NCBI GenBank assembly: GCA_963727625.1
Contig: CAVSHR010000006.1
Coordinates: 1 to 64,000 of the forward strand
Source of the DNA: an uncultured delta proteobacterium
Lineage (GTDB): Bacteria > Desulfobacterota > Binatia > UBA9968
DNA length: 64,000 nucleotides
Direction: 5' to 3'
Shown here: in pieces, positions 18,589-29,400 of the stretch
How positions within the stretch are numbered: the stretch's first letter is position 1
How the letters are laid out: each line of letters starts with the position of its first letter
Program-made: the position numbers and the translations under genes
Notes under the pieces: model-generated
Database searches by the model: none
Seen by the model: only the letters and a program-made list of their open reading frames with translations
Told to the model about the DNA's origin: nothing

Positions 18589-19611
18589 ATGGCGAACTAC
18601 AAAGTGATCGATGCCGACGGGCATGTGCGCGAGTCGATGGTGGGGCTGCGCGAGTTCATCGAGCCGCGCTGGCAAAGACGAAATCTATTTCCCAACGACG
18701 CCTGGGACCGCGACCTGCGCGGCAAGCTCGGCGCCAAGCCGGGAGGACCCGAGGATCAACTCGCGGCGATGGATCAGGACGGCATCGACATCATGGTGCT
18801 CTATCCGACTGCCGGTCTGCATGTGAGCAGCCTGCACGAGCGCGACTTCGCCACCGCCGTGACCCGAGCCTACAACGACTGGCTGTATCATTTCTGCAAG
18901 ACCGATCCGGCGCGTTTGAAATTCGTCGCCCTGTTGGCGCCGCAGGATCCCAAGGCCGCCGCCGAAGAGCTCACCCGCGCGGTTACAGAGCGTGGCGCAG
19001 TGGCGGGCGTCCTGCCGACCTACGTGCCGCAGATGCCCGACTTCGGCGATGGTCTTTACGATCCGATCTACGCCGCCGCCGAACGGCTCGGTGTCGGGCT
19101 CGGTTTTCACACCGGCACTTCGGCGGACTCGCTCGGCGGGCAACGCTTTCGCAAGTTTCTTTCGGCGCATACCATCGATCACCCCGCCGAGCAGATGATG
19201 GCGATGATCGCCACCATCGTCGGCGGCGTCTTCGAGCGCTTTCCAAAATTGACCATCGCTTATTTGGAGTCGGGCATCGGTTGGGTGCCCTACATGATGG
19301 ACCGGCTCGACGAGGAAGTGGAAAAGCGCGGCGCCGACGAAGCGCCCTATTTGAAAATGCTGCCGAGCGAAACTATCAAAAGCGGACGGATTTATTTCGG
19401 CATCGAGTGCGGCGAGAAGACCGTTCCCGATGCCGTCCGTTGGGGACTCGATCATACCGTGCTGTATTCTTCCGACTACCCCCACTGGGACGGCGATTGG
19501 CCGCACACGATCAAAGTCGTCCGCGATCGCAAAGATCTCTCGGAAGAGACCAAACAGAAAATGCTGCACGACAACGTGGCGCGGTTTTATAACCTGGCGG
19601 ATGTGGCTTAA
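18589..19611 (+). CDS. amidohydrolase family protein (Amidohydro_2)
   Basis: IDADGH, YNDWL, LESG, SSDYPHWD, DNVARFY. Confidence 0.92.
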   Translation: MANYKVIDADGHVRESMVGLREFIEPRWQRRNLFPNDAWDRDLRGKLGAKPGGPEDQLAAMDQDGIDIMVLYPTAGLHVSSLHERDFATAVTRAYNDWLYHFCKTDPARLKFVALLAPQDPKAAAEELTRAVTERGAVAGVLPTYVPQMPDFGDGLYDPIYAAAERLGVGLGFHTGTSADSLGGQRFRKFLSAHTIDHPAEQMMAMIATIVGGVFERFPKLTIAYLESGIGWVPYMMDRLDEEVEKRGADEAPYLKMLPSETIKSGRIYFGIECGEKTVPDAVRWGLDHTVLYSSDYPHWDGDWPHTIKVVRDRKDLSEETKQKMLHDNVARFYNLADVA

Positions 19612-19835
19612 GGTTTCTTTTCGGGATCGTTGAATTCGGCCGCGCCTTCGTGTGACCCCAGGTCATTATCGACGTAATGTAGAGTTTGTCGTGCCAGCGC
19701 CGGCCGGCATCCACGTTTCCTCTCGGTTGGAAAGCAAAACGCGTCAAGATTCCGGTAGGCGCCGGAGTGACGAGAACTAGAAGTCCACTTCCAGTCAACA
19801 AATTGAAAAGCCGTCGTCTCAAAACCGACGGGTAG

Positions 19836-20711
19836 TCAGTTTTTCTTCGCCAGCAGCTTGCGCATGGATTGCAGCTCTTTCAAGTGGGCCTCGGTGGGCT
19901 TTGGGTACTCCATCTTGAGCTCTTTCAGGGTGTCGAGAATGATCTCCGAAACAATCAGCCAGGTGTTCCTTTTATCGTCGGCGGGCACCACATACCAGGG
20001 CGAATGGCGGGTGCTGGTGGCGCTCATGCAGGCTTCATAGGCTTTCATATATTCGTCCCAATACTTCCGTTCTTCGACGTCGCCTTGATTGAATTTCCAG
20101 TTTTTGTCCGCTTCATCGATGCGGGCGAGGAAGCGCTTGCGCTGCTCTTCCCTCGAAAGATGCAAAAAAAACTTGACGATCCGGGTGCCGTTGCGGTGCA
20201 GATGGGCCTCTAACCCGCGGATCGATCGATAGCGCTCCTGCCAGATGGTTTTTTCGTTTACTTCGTCATGTGGCAGACCCTGGGCGCGCAGGAGCTCGGG
20301 GTGGACGCGCACAATGAGAACCTCTTCATAATAGGAGCGATTGAAAATACCGATGCGCCCGCGCTCGGGCAGCGAACGGGTGGTGCGCCATAGAAAATCA
20401 TGATCCAATTCCTCGAGGCTCGGATGCTTGAAACTAAAGACCTGGCAGCCTTGCGGGTTGACGCCGGACATCACATGCTTGATCGCGCTGTCTTTGCCGG
20501 CGGCGTCCATCGCTTGAAAGATCAGCAGCACGGCATAACGGTTCGACGCGTATAAGAGGTTTTGCACTTCGCTGGTCTTTTCGATGCGCTCGCCGAGCAG
20601 CTTCTTGAGCTGTTTTTTCGAGTCGTAGTAGGGCTTTACCTCGGTCGGCCACTTTCGAAGATCGATTTTTTTTTCCTCGCCGACGCGGAAGTCTTTGGAA
20701 TCAAGTTTCAT
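19836..20711 (-). CDS. ppk2: polyphosphate kinase 2 family (class III-like)
   Basis: [39 protein letters not shown]. Confidence 0.93.
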   Translation of the reverse strand: MKLDSKDFRVGEEKKIDLRKWPTEVKPYYDSKKQLKKLLGERIEKTSEVQNLLYASNRYAVLLIFQAMDAAGKDSAIKHVMSGVNPQGCQVFSFKHPSLEELDHDFLWRTTRSLPERGRIGIFNRSYYEEVLIVRVHPELLRAQGLPHDEVNEKTIWQERYRSIRGLEAHLHRNGTRIVKFFLHLSREEQRKRFLARIDEADKNWKFNQGDVEERKYWDEYMKAYEACMSATSTRHSPWYVVPADDKRNTWLIVSEIILDTLKELKMEYPKPTEAHLKELQSMRKLLAKKN

Positions 20712-20956
20712 GTAGCCTCCTCCCTTGACCCTTATTACGGCGTATCATTCAAAACAGAATAGCGAATTTTCATCGTCAGGAAAAACCAGGAGACATGGAA
20801 AGCCTGGCTTCGGCGTATGGCCGGCGAACGAACCCGACCGCCTCTGGAGTGATTCGCTTGCTGCGGTTAAACACGATCTGGGTTAAGATACGAACTTGCC
20901 GAAGAACGCTGAAGTCCGAGGCAGGCCGTAACCATAGGTCGATAAGGAGGAAGCTT

Positions 20957-22336
20957 ATGACTACTCTATTCGATGCCATCGTGATCGGTACCGGGCAGGC
21001 CGGACCCGCGCTGGCGGCGCGGTTGTCCGCTGCCGGGAGGAAGGTCGCGGTGGTCGAACGGGGAAAATTTGGCGGCACCTGCGTCAACACCGGCTGCATT
21101 CCGACCAAAACCCTGGTGGCGAGCGCTTACGCGGCGCATCTGGCAAGGCGCGGCGGTGAGTACGGCGTCGATATCCGCGGTGAAGTCCGCGTCGACATGA
21201 AGCGGGTCAAAGCGCGCAAGGACGAAATCTCCGGCCGTTCCAACCAAGGCGTCGAGCAGTGGATGGACGGGCTGGCCAACGTTGCTGTCTATCGCGGCCA
21301 TGCGCGCTTCGAAAGCGCGCGCACGGTGCGCGTGAACGGCGAGGTGCTGGAGGCCGAGAATATATTTGTCAACGTCGGCGGCAGAGCCTTGGTGCCGTCG
21401 ATGCCCGGCTTGGAACAGGTGCCGTATCTCACCAACTCGAGCATCATGGACGTCGATTTCCTGCCCGAGCACTTGATCATCGTCGGCGGCAGTTACATCG
21501 GTTTGGAATTCGGCCAGATGTATCGACGCTTTGGCTCCAGAGTTACCATCGTCGAGAAGGGGCCCCGCTTGATCGCGCGCGAAGACGAGGACGTCTCCAA
21601 GGCGATAGAAGAAATCTTGCGCGGCGAGGATATCGATATTCGCTTGAACGCGGAATGCATCACGGCGCACAAGCAGGGCGACCACATCGTCGTCGGGCTG
21701 GACTGCGCCGACTCGAGCCGGCAGGTCAAAGGCTCGCATCTGTTGCTCGCCGTCGGCCGGGTGCCGAACACCGACGATCTCGGTTTGGATAAAGCCGGCG
21801 TCGAAACCGATAGCGCCGGGTACATCAAAGTGGACGATCAGCTGCGCACCAACGTGGCCGGCATCTGGGCGTTGGGCGACTGCAACCGCAAGGGCGCGTT
21901 CACCCACACCTCCTACAACGATTATGAAATCGTCGCGGCAAACCTGCTCGACAACGACCCGCGCAGAGTATCTGACCGGATCATGACCTACGGCCTGTTC
22001 ATCGACCCGCCGCTCGGTCGCGCCGGCATGACCGCGGCGGAAGTCAAAGCATCCGGGCGCAAGGCGCTGATCGCTACTCGTCCCATGACCCGAGTCGGCC
22101 GGGCCGTGGAGAAAGGTGAAAGCCAGGGGTTTATGAAAGTTGTCGTCGAGGCCGAGAGCAAGCAGATTCTCGGCGCGGCGATCCTGGGGGTCACGGGCGA
22201 CGAAGTGATTCACCTGCTGCTCGACGCAATGTATGCTAAAGCGCCTTACACGACGATTACGCGGGCGATGCATATCCATCCCACGGTGTCCGAATTGATT
22301 CCGACCTTGCTCCAGGGAATGGAGCCGCTGGTGTAA
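20957..22336 (+). CDS. pyridine nucleotide-disulfide oxidoreductase (MerA/RclA-like, no C-terminal CC)
   Basis: GTGQAG, GGTCVNTGC, GGSYIG, HIHPT. Confidence 0.9.
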   Translation: MTTLFDAIVIGTGQAGPALAARLSAAGRKVAVVERGKFGGTCVNTGCIPTKTLVASAYAAHLARRGGEYGVDIRGEVRVDMKRVKARKDEISGRSNQGVEQWMDGLANVAVYRGHARFESARTVRVNGEVLEAENIFVNVGGRALVPSMPGLEQVPYLTNSSIMDVDFLPEHLIIVGGSYIGLEFGQMYRRFGSRVTIVEKGPRLIAREDEDVSKAIEEILRGEDIDIRLNAECITAHKQGDHIVVGLDCADSSRQVKGSHLLLAVGRVPNTDDLGLDKAGVETDSAGYIKVDDQLRTNVAGIWALGDCNRKGAFTHTSYNDYEIVAANLLDNDPRRVSDRIMTYGLFIDPPLGRAGMTAAEVKASGRKALIATRPMTRVGRAVEKGESQGFMKVVVEAESKQILGAAILGVTGDEVIHLLLDAMYAKAPYTTITRAMHIHPTVSELIPTLLQGMEPLV

Positions 22337-22565
22337 TGAGAGTCTTGTGATTGATTACGCTTTCGTGCCAGGACAGGTGCAGCAGCTGACAAAATTTATC
22401 GCTGGCCTTGAAGCGAGGTACTGACCTGGTTAGTCTTTTTGATAGAATCATTACGCTGCTGGTTTTTGAAACCAAGGTTTTTTGCCGTAATTTCCAAGTA
22501 GTCGCCGACGCACGGGGCAGCGGCGGTCGACGCAATCACTCAGAATCACTTTGAGGAGAGCTCGC

Positions 22566-25034
22566 ATGCGCAAATGGATTGTCGTCGGTGCCATCCTGAT
22601 CGCTCTGGCAGCCGTCGTGTGGCTGGGATTGCTCAATATCAATTCCCTTATCGCGCGCAACAAAAATTATCTGCTCGATCAAGCCGAGACGGCGCTGGGC
22701 CGAAAAATTTCCGTGGGCGAGGTGGAAGCGACGCTGTTCAGCGGCATCGGCGTGCGTCTGAAAAATTTCGCCATGGCCGATAATCCGGCCTATTCGACCG
22801 GCGACTTCGTGCGCGCCAAGGACCTCCAAGTCAATCTCAAGTTCTGGCCCCTGCTCAGGAAGGAAGTTCAAGTCAAGCGAGTCATCCTCCATGATCCGGT
22901 GATCCGTATCGTCCGCAACACCGATGGAAAATTCAATTTCTCGACCATCGGCAAGAAAGGTAAAAAAGAACGGCCCGCGGCGGTGAAAGAAAAAAAAGAA
23001 CCCGGAACGAAAGAGGAGGCTTCGACTGCTTTTCTAGTGTCGCTGGTCGATATTTCGGATGGTGATATCCGTTACCTGGACCGCAAGGAAGGCGCCGACC
23101 TGCAACTGCGCCAAATCGATCTCAAAGTTGAAGATCTCGATTTCGATCAACCCTTCGCATTCAAGCTTGCGGCGGCGGTTTATTCCGACAAGCAGAATTT
23201 AAAGCTAGCCGGCAAAATCGGGCCGCTGCGCCGCGACGGCGCATTCGACCAGGTTCCCGTGGACGGTGAGATCGATATTGACCCGCTCGACATGACCCGT
23301 CTAAAAGCCGCCGCTCCGAAATTAAAAAACTCGCTGCCCAGGGACCTCGATCTCTCGGGCGTGTTTCGCGTCAAAGATTTGAAATTCAAAGGAACGCTCA
23401 AAGAGCTGGCGGTGAGCGGCCAGATCGAAGGCAGCAAAGGCGCGGTGCGCTACGGCAAGACATTGCAAAAGCCCGCGGGCATACCGCTGACACTCAACGT
23501 CGACGGGCGCTACGCCGGCAAGAAAGTGACCCTGCGCAAAGGTTTGCTCAAGCTTCATAGCTTGGAGCTTGCGGCAACCGGCGATATTCAGCTCGGCGAC
23601 GTCCCGACGCTCAACCTCTCGGTCGATTCCAAACCCGCGGCACTCGACGGTTGGGATCAGATCGTCCCCGCGGTCGCCAGCTATCAGCTCTCCGGCACCA
23701 TGGAGATCAAGGCGACGGTGCGCGGCCGGGTCGGCAAAGGAGCAGCGCCGCAAGTTCAAGGGACGCTCAACTTGAAGAATGCCAGCGCCAAACCGCCGGA
23801 ATTTCCCAAGCCCATCGAGAATCTCGATACCAGCATCAAATTCACCGGCCAGAGAGCCAATATCGACGACATGACTCTGAGCTTGGGACAGTCAAAAATC
23901 CGTTTGGCCGCGGCGATCGAGAAATTCTCACCGCTCACCTTGTCTTACAAGCTTTCGACGCCGGAGCTTTGGCCCGCGGATTACAAAGCAGCGCTGAGCA
24001 GTGATCGCAAGGCCGACGTGATCCGCAACTTGCGCAGCGAAGGGCAGTTCACCATGGCCGGCGGCAATATGGTGTATCAAGGCAAGCTCAGCTCGGCGGA
24101 CGGCACGCTTTATAACATTGCCTACAAGGGCCTCGACGCAGCGCTTTCCCTGGCGGACAAAATCGCCAACATCCACAGCCTGCGGGTCAACGCTCTGAAC
24201 GGTGCCGTGCAGCTCGATGGTGAATATTCATTCAAAGATCCCGCGCCGCGTTTTACCGTCGCATCGAAGATCCAAGGCATCGATGTCAAAGAGCTCTATA
24301 CCGCCCTCGATCAGAAGGCGGAACGAGATATCCGCGGCCGGCTCAATGCCGACATGAAGCTTTCCGGCAGCGGCAAAAGCTGGGAGGAAATAAAGCCCAA
24401 TCTGCGCGGCCAGGGCGACGCGGAGGTCTTGCAGGGAGCGGTGCACAACTTCAATATTGCGGACAGCGTGCTCACCGGTATCACCGGCATTCCCGGACTG
24501 ACGAATATCGTCAATCCGTCGCTGCGCAAGAAATACCCGGAAACCTTCACTGCAAAAGACACGGAGTTCAAGGAGCTAAAAGCCCAGATCGACTTGGCGG
24601 ATGGCCGCATGAACATCAAGAATCTGCGCATGGCGGCGGCGGAGTTCGTCGTCCAGGGAAACGGCTGGGCCGATTTCAACCGGCGTGTCGATATGCGCGC
24701 GACGATGAGTTTTTCGCAGCGCCTGTCGAGCGATTTGAGCCAGTCCACCCGCGAGATCAAATATCTGTCGAACAATCAGGGGCAGCTCGAAATCCCGTTC
24801 GCGCTGACCGGCAAGATGCCCAACGTGAAGCCGAAGCCCGATTCTAAATTTCTTGGCCAACTGGTGCAGCGCGGTTTCATGCGCCGTGGCGTCGAAGAGC
24901 TGCAGAACCGGTTTTTCGGAGGCAAGGGGACGAGCGAGGAAAAGCAGGCCGTGCCGGATGAAAGCAAAAAGAAAAAAAGAAATTCCACTGAAGATATGAT
25001 TCGGCGGGGCCTGGAGAATTTGTTCAAACGATAA
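22566..25034 (+). CDS. AsmA family protein
   Basis: N-terminal TM helix, ALGRKISVG, FNFSTI, AsmA-like C-terminal region. Confidence 0.85.
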   Translation: MRKWIVVGAILIALAAVVWLGLLNINSLIARNKNYLLDQAETALGRKISVGEVEATLFSGIGVRLKNFAMADNPAYSTGDFVRAKDLQVNLKFWPLLRKEVQVKRVILHDPVIRIVRNTDGKFNFSTIGKKGKKERPAAVKEKKEPGTKEEASTAFLVSLVDISDGDIRYLDRKEGADLQLRQIDLKVEDLDFDQPFAFKLAAAVYSDKQNLKLAGKIGPLRRDGAFDQVPVDGEIDIDPLDMTRLKAAAPKLKNSLPRDLDLSGVFRVKDLKFKGTLKELAVSGQIEGSKGAVRYGKTLQKPAGIPLTLNVDGRYAGKKVTLRKGLLKLHSLELAATGDIQLGDVPTLNLSVDSKPAALDGWDQIVPAVASYQLSGTMEIKATVRGRVGKGAAPQVQGTLNLKNASAKPPEFPKPIENLDTSIKFTGQRANIDDMTLSLGQSKIRLAAAIEKFSPLTLSYKLSTPELWPADYKAALSSDRKADVIRNLRSEGQFTMAGGNMVYQGKLSSADGTLYNIAYKGLDAALSLADKIANIHSLRVNALNGAVQLDGEYSFKDPAPRFTVASKIQGIDVKELYTALDQKAERDIRGRLNADMKLSGSGKSWEEIKPNLRGQGDAEVLQGAVHNFNIADSVLTGITGIPGLTNIVNPSLRKKYPETFTAKDTEFKELKAQIDLADGRMNIKNLRMAAAEFVVQGNGWADFNRRVDMRATMSFSQRLSSDLSQSTREIKYLSNNQGQLEIPFALTGKMPNVKPKPDSKFLGQLVQRGFMRRGVEELQNRFFGGKGTSEEKQAVPDESKKKKRNSTEDMIRRGLENLFKR

Positions 25035-25070
25035 AAGTCGTGATCGATTGCTTAGGCTTAGGGCGCGCGT

Positions 25071-25108
25071 AAAAAAGTTTCGAGGCCGGTGCATGGGCAC
25101 CGGCCTCG
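25071..25108 (-). terminator. intrinsic terminator between convergent asmA and fasciclin genes
   Basis: 12-bp stem CGAGGCCGGTGC/GCACCGGCCTCG with a T-tract shortly after it on the minus strand. Confidence 0.7.
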
Positions 25109-25124
25109 GGATGGTCTCGCAACC

Positions 25125-25619
25125 TTACGGGATCATGACAGTATCGATGACGTGAATCACACCGTTGCTGGCCATGATGTCGGTCTTGATGACGTTGGCA
25201 TTGTCAACCATCACCTTGCCGTCAGCAGCACTGATTCTCAATTCCTGTCCGTTGGCTGTGGGCGCTGAGCTCAGCTTGACCACCTCGCCCGCAGTCACCC
25301 GGCCCGGGACCACGTGATAGGTTAGAATCGCCTGTAGCTTGGAGCGATTTTCCGGCTTGAGCAGATTTTCTATGGTGCCCGCCGGCAACTTGGCGAACGC
25401 TTCGTCGGTCGGCGCGAACACGGTCAGCGGACCTTCCCCCTTTAGCGTCTCCACCAGACCCGCTGCTTGGACGGCGGCAACCAGCGTTTTGAACGATCCC
25501 GCGGACACCGCGATATCGACGATGTCTTTGCCCGGCATCGATTCAGCCTTCACGGGTCCAGCTAAACCCAATCCAAAAGTGACTACCAACGCTGCGACTG
25601 TTGCTTTGAAGATTCCCAT
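25125..25619 (-). CDS. secreted fasciclin (FAS1) domain protein
   Basis: signal peptide, [26 protein letters not shown]. Confidence 0.93.
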   Translation of the reverse strand: MGIFKATVAALVVTFGLGLAGPVKAESMPGKDIVDIAVSAGSFKTLVAAVQAAGLVETLKGEGPLTVFAPTDEAFAKLPAGTIENLLKPENRSKLQAILTYHVVPGRVTAGEVVKLSSAPTANGQELRISAADGKVMVDNANVIKTDIMASNGVIHVIDTVMIP

Positions 25620-25672
25620 GTTTCTGTCCTCCTTTTTTGATTTTTTTTCGAATCTTCCTGTGCCAGCAGTAG

Positions 25673-25688
25673 AGCAACTGCGGTGCCA
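25673..25688 (-). promoter_or_regulatory. sigma54 -24/-12 promoter
   Basis: TGGCAC-CGCAG-TTGCT upstream of the fasciclin gene. Confidence 0.85.
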
Positions 25689-25762
25689 ACAGCGCCGCTG
25701 CGCGGTTTGCCAGCGATTACAAAGAGGAATTTGCCTGGGAGGGATAGTTACGTGCACAACCG

Positions 25763-25822
25763 TGATACAGCGGTGAGACAACTGACCGTCTCAGCAGTGT
25801 CCCAGACTGTATCAGGCGAGAC
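25763..25822. promoter_or_regulatory. putative enhancer (UAS) sites for the adjacent sigma54 activator
   Basis: clustered TGATACA/TGAGACA and GTCTCA/TGTATCA half-sites about 75-135 bp upstream of the -24 box. Confidence 0.55.
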
Positions 25823-25829
25823 GGCGCAG

Positions 25830-27656
25830 TTATTTATCCGCGAGGGAGATATCGAGCTCGGCCAAACGGCGATAAAAAGTCGCGCGGCTGATTCCTAACA
25901 TTCGCGCGGCGAGGGCGCGATTGCCGCGCGCGCGATTTAACGCGTCGAGAATCCGCGTTTTTTCGTCAGCTTGGATATCCCCGGAAATCTCGCTGTGGGG
26001 ATCAAGAGGCGGGTTGACCTCCGGGGGCAAGTCGTCTTCCTGAAGCACCGACCCCTTACAGCCAATGACGGCGAACTCCACGGCGCTCTTGAGCTCGCGC
26101 ACATTGCCCGGCCAGTCGTATTCCGCCAGCAAGCGCAGCGCTCCCAAGCCTAATTCCTTGACCGGCGTGCCGCTCGCCGCCGCGAACTGAGAGAGAAAAG
26201 AGACAGCGAGCAGCGGGATGTCTTCGCGCCGCTGGCGCAGCGGCGGCAGCATGATCCGGGCCACGCGGATCCGGTAGAGCAAATCGGAGCGAAATTTACC
26301 CTTCGTCACTTCGTCGCTCAAAGTTCGATGGGTGGCGGCGAGCACGCGCACGTCGATTTTGCGCGGCTTGGATTCACCGAGCCGAATGATCTCGCGTTCT
26401 TGTAACACGCGCAGGAGCTGATTTTGCACGGTCATCGGGATATCGCCGATCTCGTCGAGAAACAGCGTGCCGCCATTGGCCGCTTCGAATAAGCCTTGAT
26501 GATCCTCGACGGCGCCGGTAAACGCGCCGCGTTTGTGGCCGAAGAGCTGACTGCCGAGGAGCGATTCGGTGAGGCCGGCGCAATTCACCGCCACGAACGG
26601 TTGGTCCTTGCGATGGCTGGTAAAATGAATGGCGCGGGCCACAAGCTCTTTACCTGTGCCGGTTTCGCCTTCGATCAATACCGTCGAATCCACCCGGGCG
26701 ACATCGCGGATCTGCTGGTAGACGGTCCGCATGGCTTTGCTCTTGCCGAGCAGATCGTGAAAGCGCGCACGCTCGTCGAGCAGCAAGCGCAGGTTGTGCA
26801 CCTCGGTGACGTCGTACAACAAAAAAATCTTACCGCGCGCGTCGCGCGGATCGTCTTTCACGTCGACTTCGAGCCAGACTCTGCGCCCATCGGCGAGGTC
26901 GACGTGAACCGGCAGTTTGCCGCGCTCTTCGGGCGGCCGGCGCAAAACCTCGCTCAGGTCGCCGCGGTCTTCGGCGTCGACGGGCAATACTTCGTCCCAG
27001 GCTTGCCCGTAGCCGTCCGTGTCCGGATTGCCGAACAATTCCTGGGCCAGGTTGTTGAGGAAAACGATCCGGCCGTTTTCATCGGTCATGGCGGTGCCGA
27101 GGCGAAGCTGGTTCAAGATCGAACTCAAGTCACTGCGGCTTTTTTGCACTTGGACGAGCAACTCCGCCAGTCTCGCTTCGGCCCGCTTGCGCTCGGTCAC
27201 GTTTCTTTGAATCGAGAGATATTGAACGATTTTTCCCTCTCCATCGCGCACCGGCGTAATATCCCAGGCGACAAAATACTCGCCGCCGTCCTTGCGATAA
27301 TTGACGGTTTCGGCCGTGAAGTTTTCACCGCGGGTGATGGTCTCGCGCAAGCGCCGAAGCATCCTCCGGTCGGTCTTAGGACCCTGAAGCAGGCGCGGGG
27401 TCTTCCCGAGAATTTCGCTCCTGCTGTAACCGGTCATTTCCGTGAACGCCGGGTTGACAAAGATCACTTGCGGACCGGGAGGATCGAGGTCGGCCGTCGT
27501 GATCATGATCGATTCCTTCGCCTGCGCCACGGCGGTATCGAGCAAGCGAAGCAGTTGCGCTTCGTCCAGCCTGTTTGCATGAAAGGTCGCTGAACCCCGC
27601 TTTTCGTCAATCATCTGAGTCGGCTCAATGAAAGGCTTCGGTGACTTTGGCGGCAT
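25830..27656 (-). CDS. PAS-domain sigma54-dependent transcriptional activator (Fis HTH)
   Basis: two PAS domains, GETGTGKE, GAFTGA, LFLDEIG, WPGNVREL, ISRATFYR; start uncertain. Confidence 0.92.
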   Translation of the reverse strand: MPPKSPKPFIEPTQMIDEKRGSATFHANRLDEAQLLRLLDTAVAQAKESIMITTADLDPPGPQVIFVNPAFTEMTGYSRSEILGKTPRLLQGPKTDRRMLRRLRETITRGENFTAETVNYRKDGGEYFVAWDITPVRDGEGKIVQYLSIQRNVTERKRAEARLAELLVQVQKSRSDLSSILNQLRLGTAMTDENGRIVFLNNLAQELFGNPDTDGYGQAWDEVLPVDAEDRGDLSEVLRRPPEERGKLPVHVDLADGRRVWLEVDVKDDPRDARGKIFLLYDVTEVHNLRLLLDERARFHDLLGKSKAMRTVYQQIRDVARVDSTVLIEGETGTGKELVARAIHFTSHRKDQPFVAVNCAGLTESLLGSQLFGHKRGAFTGAVEDHQGLFEAANGGTLFLDEIGDIPMTVQNQLLRVLQEREIIRLGESKPRKIDVRVLAATHRTLSDEVTKGKFRSDLLYRIRVARIMLPPLRQRREDIPLLAVSFLSQFAAASGTPVKELGLGALRLLAEYDWPGNVRELKSAVEFAVIGCKGSVLQEDDLPPEVNPPLDPHSEISGDIQADEKTRILDALNRARGNRALAARMLGISRATFYRRLAELDISLADK

Positions 27657-27841
27657 GGCCTGCCGCCAAAGCCGGGTGTCCACCAAGAAGAAGCGACATC
27701 GTCGGCAGTCGATAAGAGAAATTTCAGAAATGCCAGCGAAGGTCGAAGCGCTGATTTCAGACCATAAAGGACCGAAACAACTCGCCCGACCTTCGTCGCG
27801 GCTCAATCGTTTGCGAAATTAACCGAACAGAGCGTTGAGCG

Positions 27842-28342
27842 TCACACTGCCTTGTAGGCCATTCGCTTCATTTTCTGAGTGTTCTTGCCCTCGATGCGCA
27901 GCAATCCGGTGGCGGCGACTCGCTTGGGCGAGTGCACATCGCCTTCGTTGTAACTATGCGCCATCCCGGGTTTGAGTGCGTAAACCCGGGCGCGGCGGAC
28001 TTTGCCGGGTTTGCCTTCGGCGGCGGGCTCAAGGATTTCCCAATCGCTCATTTCGGTTTCGCCGAATGCCTGGCCGTAGATCGCCCAGGAACTGCCGTGA
28101 TCGTGCGGATTTGCTTCGCGCGCGTCCCGATTGACATGGGCGCAGACGCAAAAGCCCAGCTGCGGATCCTCGTAGATGATCTGGCGATCCGGTGTGTTGT
28201 CGTTGATATAAGTGGCGATGAACTTTTCATCCTTGAGCGCTTCCTCAACCAGTTGACGGACCTTTTCCCTGCCCGCCGGGCTGGAGTCCTCTTGAAGAGT
28301 TCGATGAACATCCGCCGCAAATGAATCGAGTGTGAAACCCAT
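27842..28342 (-). CDS. cupin/cysteine dioxygenase-like protein
   Basis: PHDHGSSWAIYG, GDVHSP. Confidence 0.7.
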   Translation of the reverse strand: MGFTLDSFAADVHRTLQEDSSPAGREKVRQLVEEALKDEKFIATYINDNTPDRQIIYEDPQLGFCVCAHVNRDAREANPHDHGSSWAIYGQAFGETEMSDWEILEPAAEGKPGKVRRARVYALKPGMAHSYNEGDVHSPKRVAATGLLRIEGKNTQKMKRMAYKAV

Positions 28343-28505
28343 GGTTATTCTCCTTTCTAGATTGGTTAAAGCTTCCCTCAACAAGTAACCGAAATCAAGA
28401 TCAACCGCCGACGATTCAGCTGCGGTTCAGTCGCGCGTACAAGAGCAGCTTACCTGCCGCGCTGTTCTCAGGGCCGCATTCGTTGGAGCGTACCGATGGG
28501 TTCAT

Positions 28506-29125
28506 TTAATTTGCCTTCCAGATCGCCGCGACCTCACTCGAAGCGGCAATGTCGAAGTGGGCTTGCTCCATCAGCTTTAGCGCCCGCTCATGAAGCTCGC
28601 GGCTGCGCGAGCCGACGCCGTCTCTGAGTATGACGATTTGGTATCCCAGGTTGCGCGCGCTGCGCGCCGTGCCTTCGACGCCGCCTCCGACGATGGCTTG
28701 GATGCCGTTGCTGCGCAGCATGAGATCGAAATCGGTGCCGACGAAGGCGTCGGGCCGGCGCTTGCGGAAGACACGATCTTGCGCCTGCGGTTTTAACGCG
28801 TCGACGATTTCGCGACCGCGCGGGTCTTCTTTTTCATCGAGGAGCTTGGCCGGATCCGAAACCTTTGCCCGCTTCATGCGCACGCGCACCCAAACGTCGG
28901 CTTCTTCATTGAGCAAGTCGAACGGAGTTTGAACCGAATAAAAACCGGCACGTTGACCGCGCGGGCGAGCGCAGCGAGCATTTTTAAGTTGGCCAGGATA
29001 TCTTGGTAGTTAAAGGCGTTGGGGGCGATAGCGTTTTCCATGTCCCAGAGCAGCAACGCCGTCCGCTTGGGATCGACCAGCTCGGCCAAGGTCGCCGGGA
29101 TCTGTCTGCCACCGATCTCGAACAT
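28506..29125 (-). pseudogene. isochorismatase/cysteine hydrolase, frameshifted
   Basis: TALLLWDMEN in one frame, KRRPDAFVGTD and VEGTAR in another; one T missing in a poly-T run at ~28940. Confidence 0.8.
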
Positions 29126-29400
29126 GGGTCACCTCCATGGGGCGGGAATTAGTCGGAGCATACTTGGATTGACGTTGCTACGACACGCTGTTGTTGCGCC
29201 CCGTAGTAGCGCCGGCCAACGAACTCTACGGATCAGCGGAGTGGAATTGCAGCGATCGACCGATCTCACACCGGTCCGCCGGGTGACTTGCGAGGCTATG
29301 CTCTAGCCAATGCAATTCAGCCACCGCCTTGACAACTGAATAAAAGCAGCGATGCTAACATAAATAAATTACCGACCGTTACGATGAAAGGAAAGCAAAC

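Noticed and set aside
20957-22336. Mercuric reductase merA
   Set aside because: No C-terminal Cys-Cys pair, no NmerA domain and no mer operon.
27190-27520. Blue-light LOV photoreceptor
   Set aside because: The photoactive Cys is absent (GKTPRLLQ).
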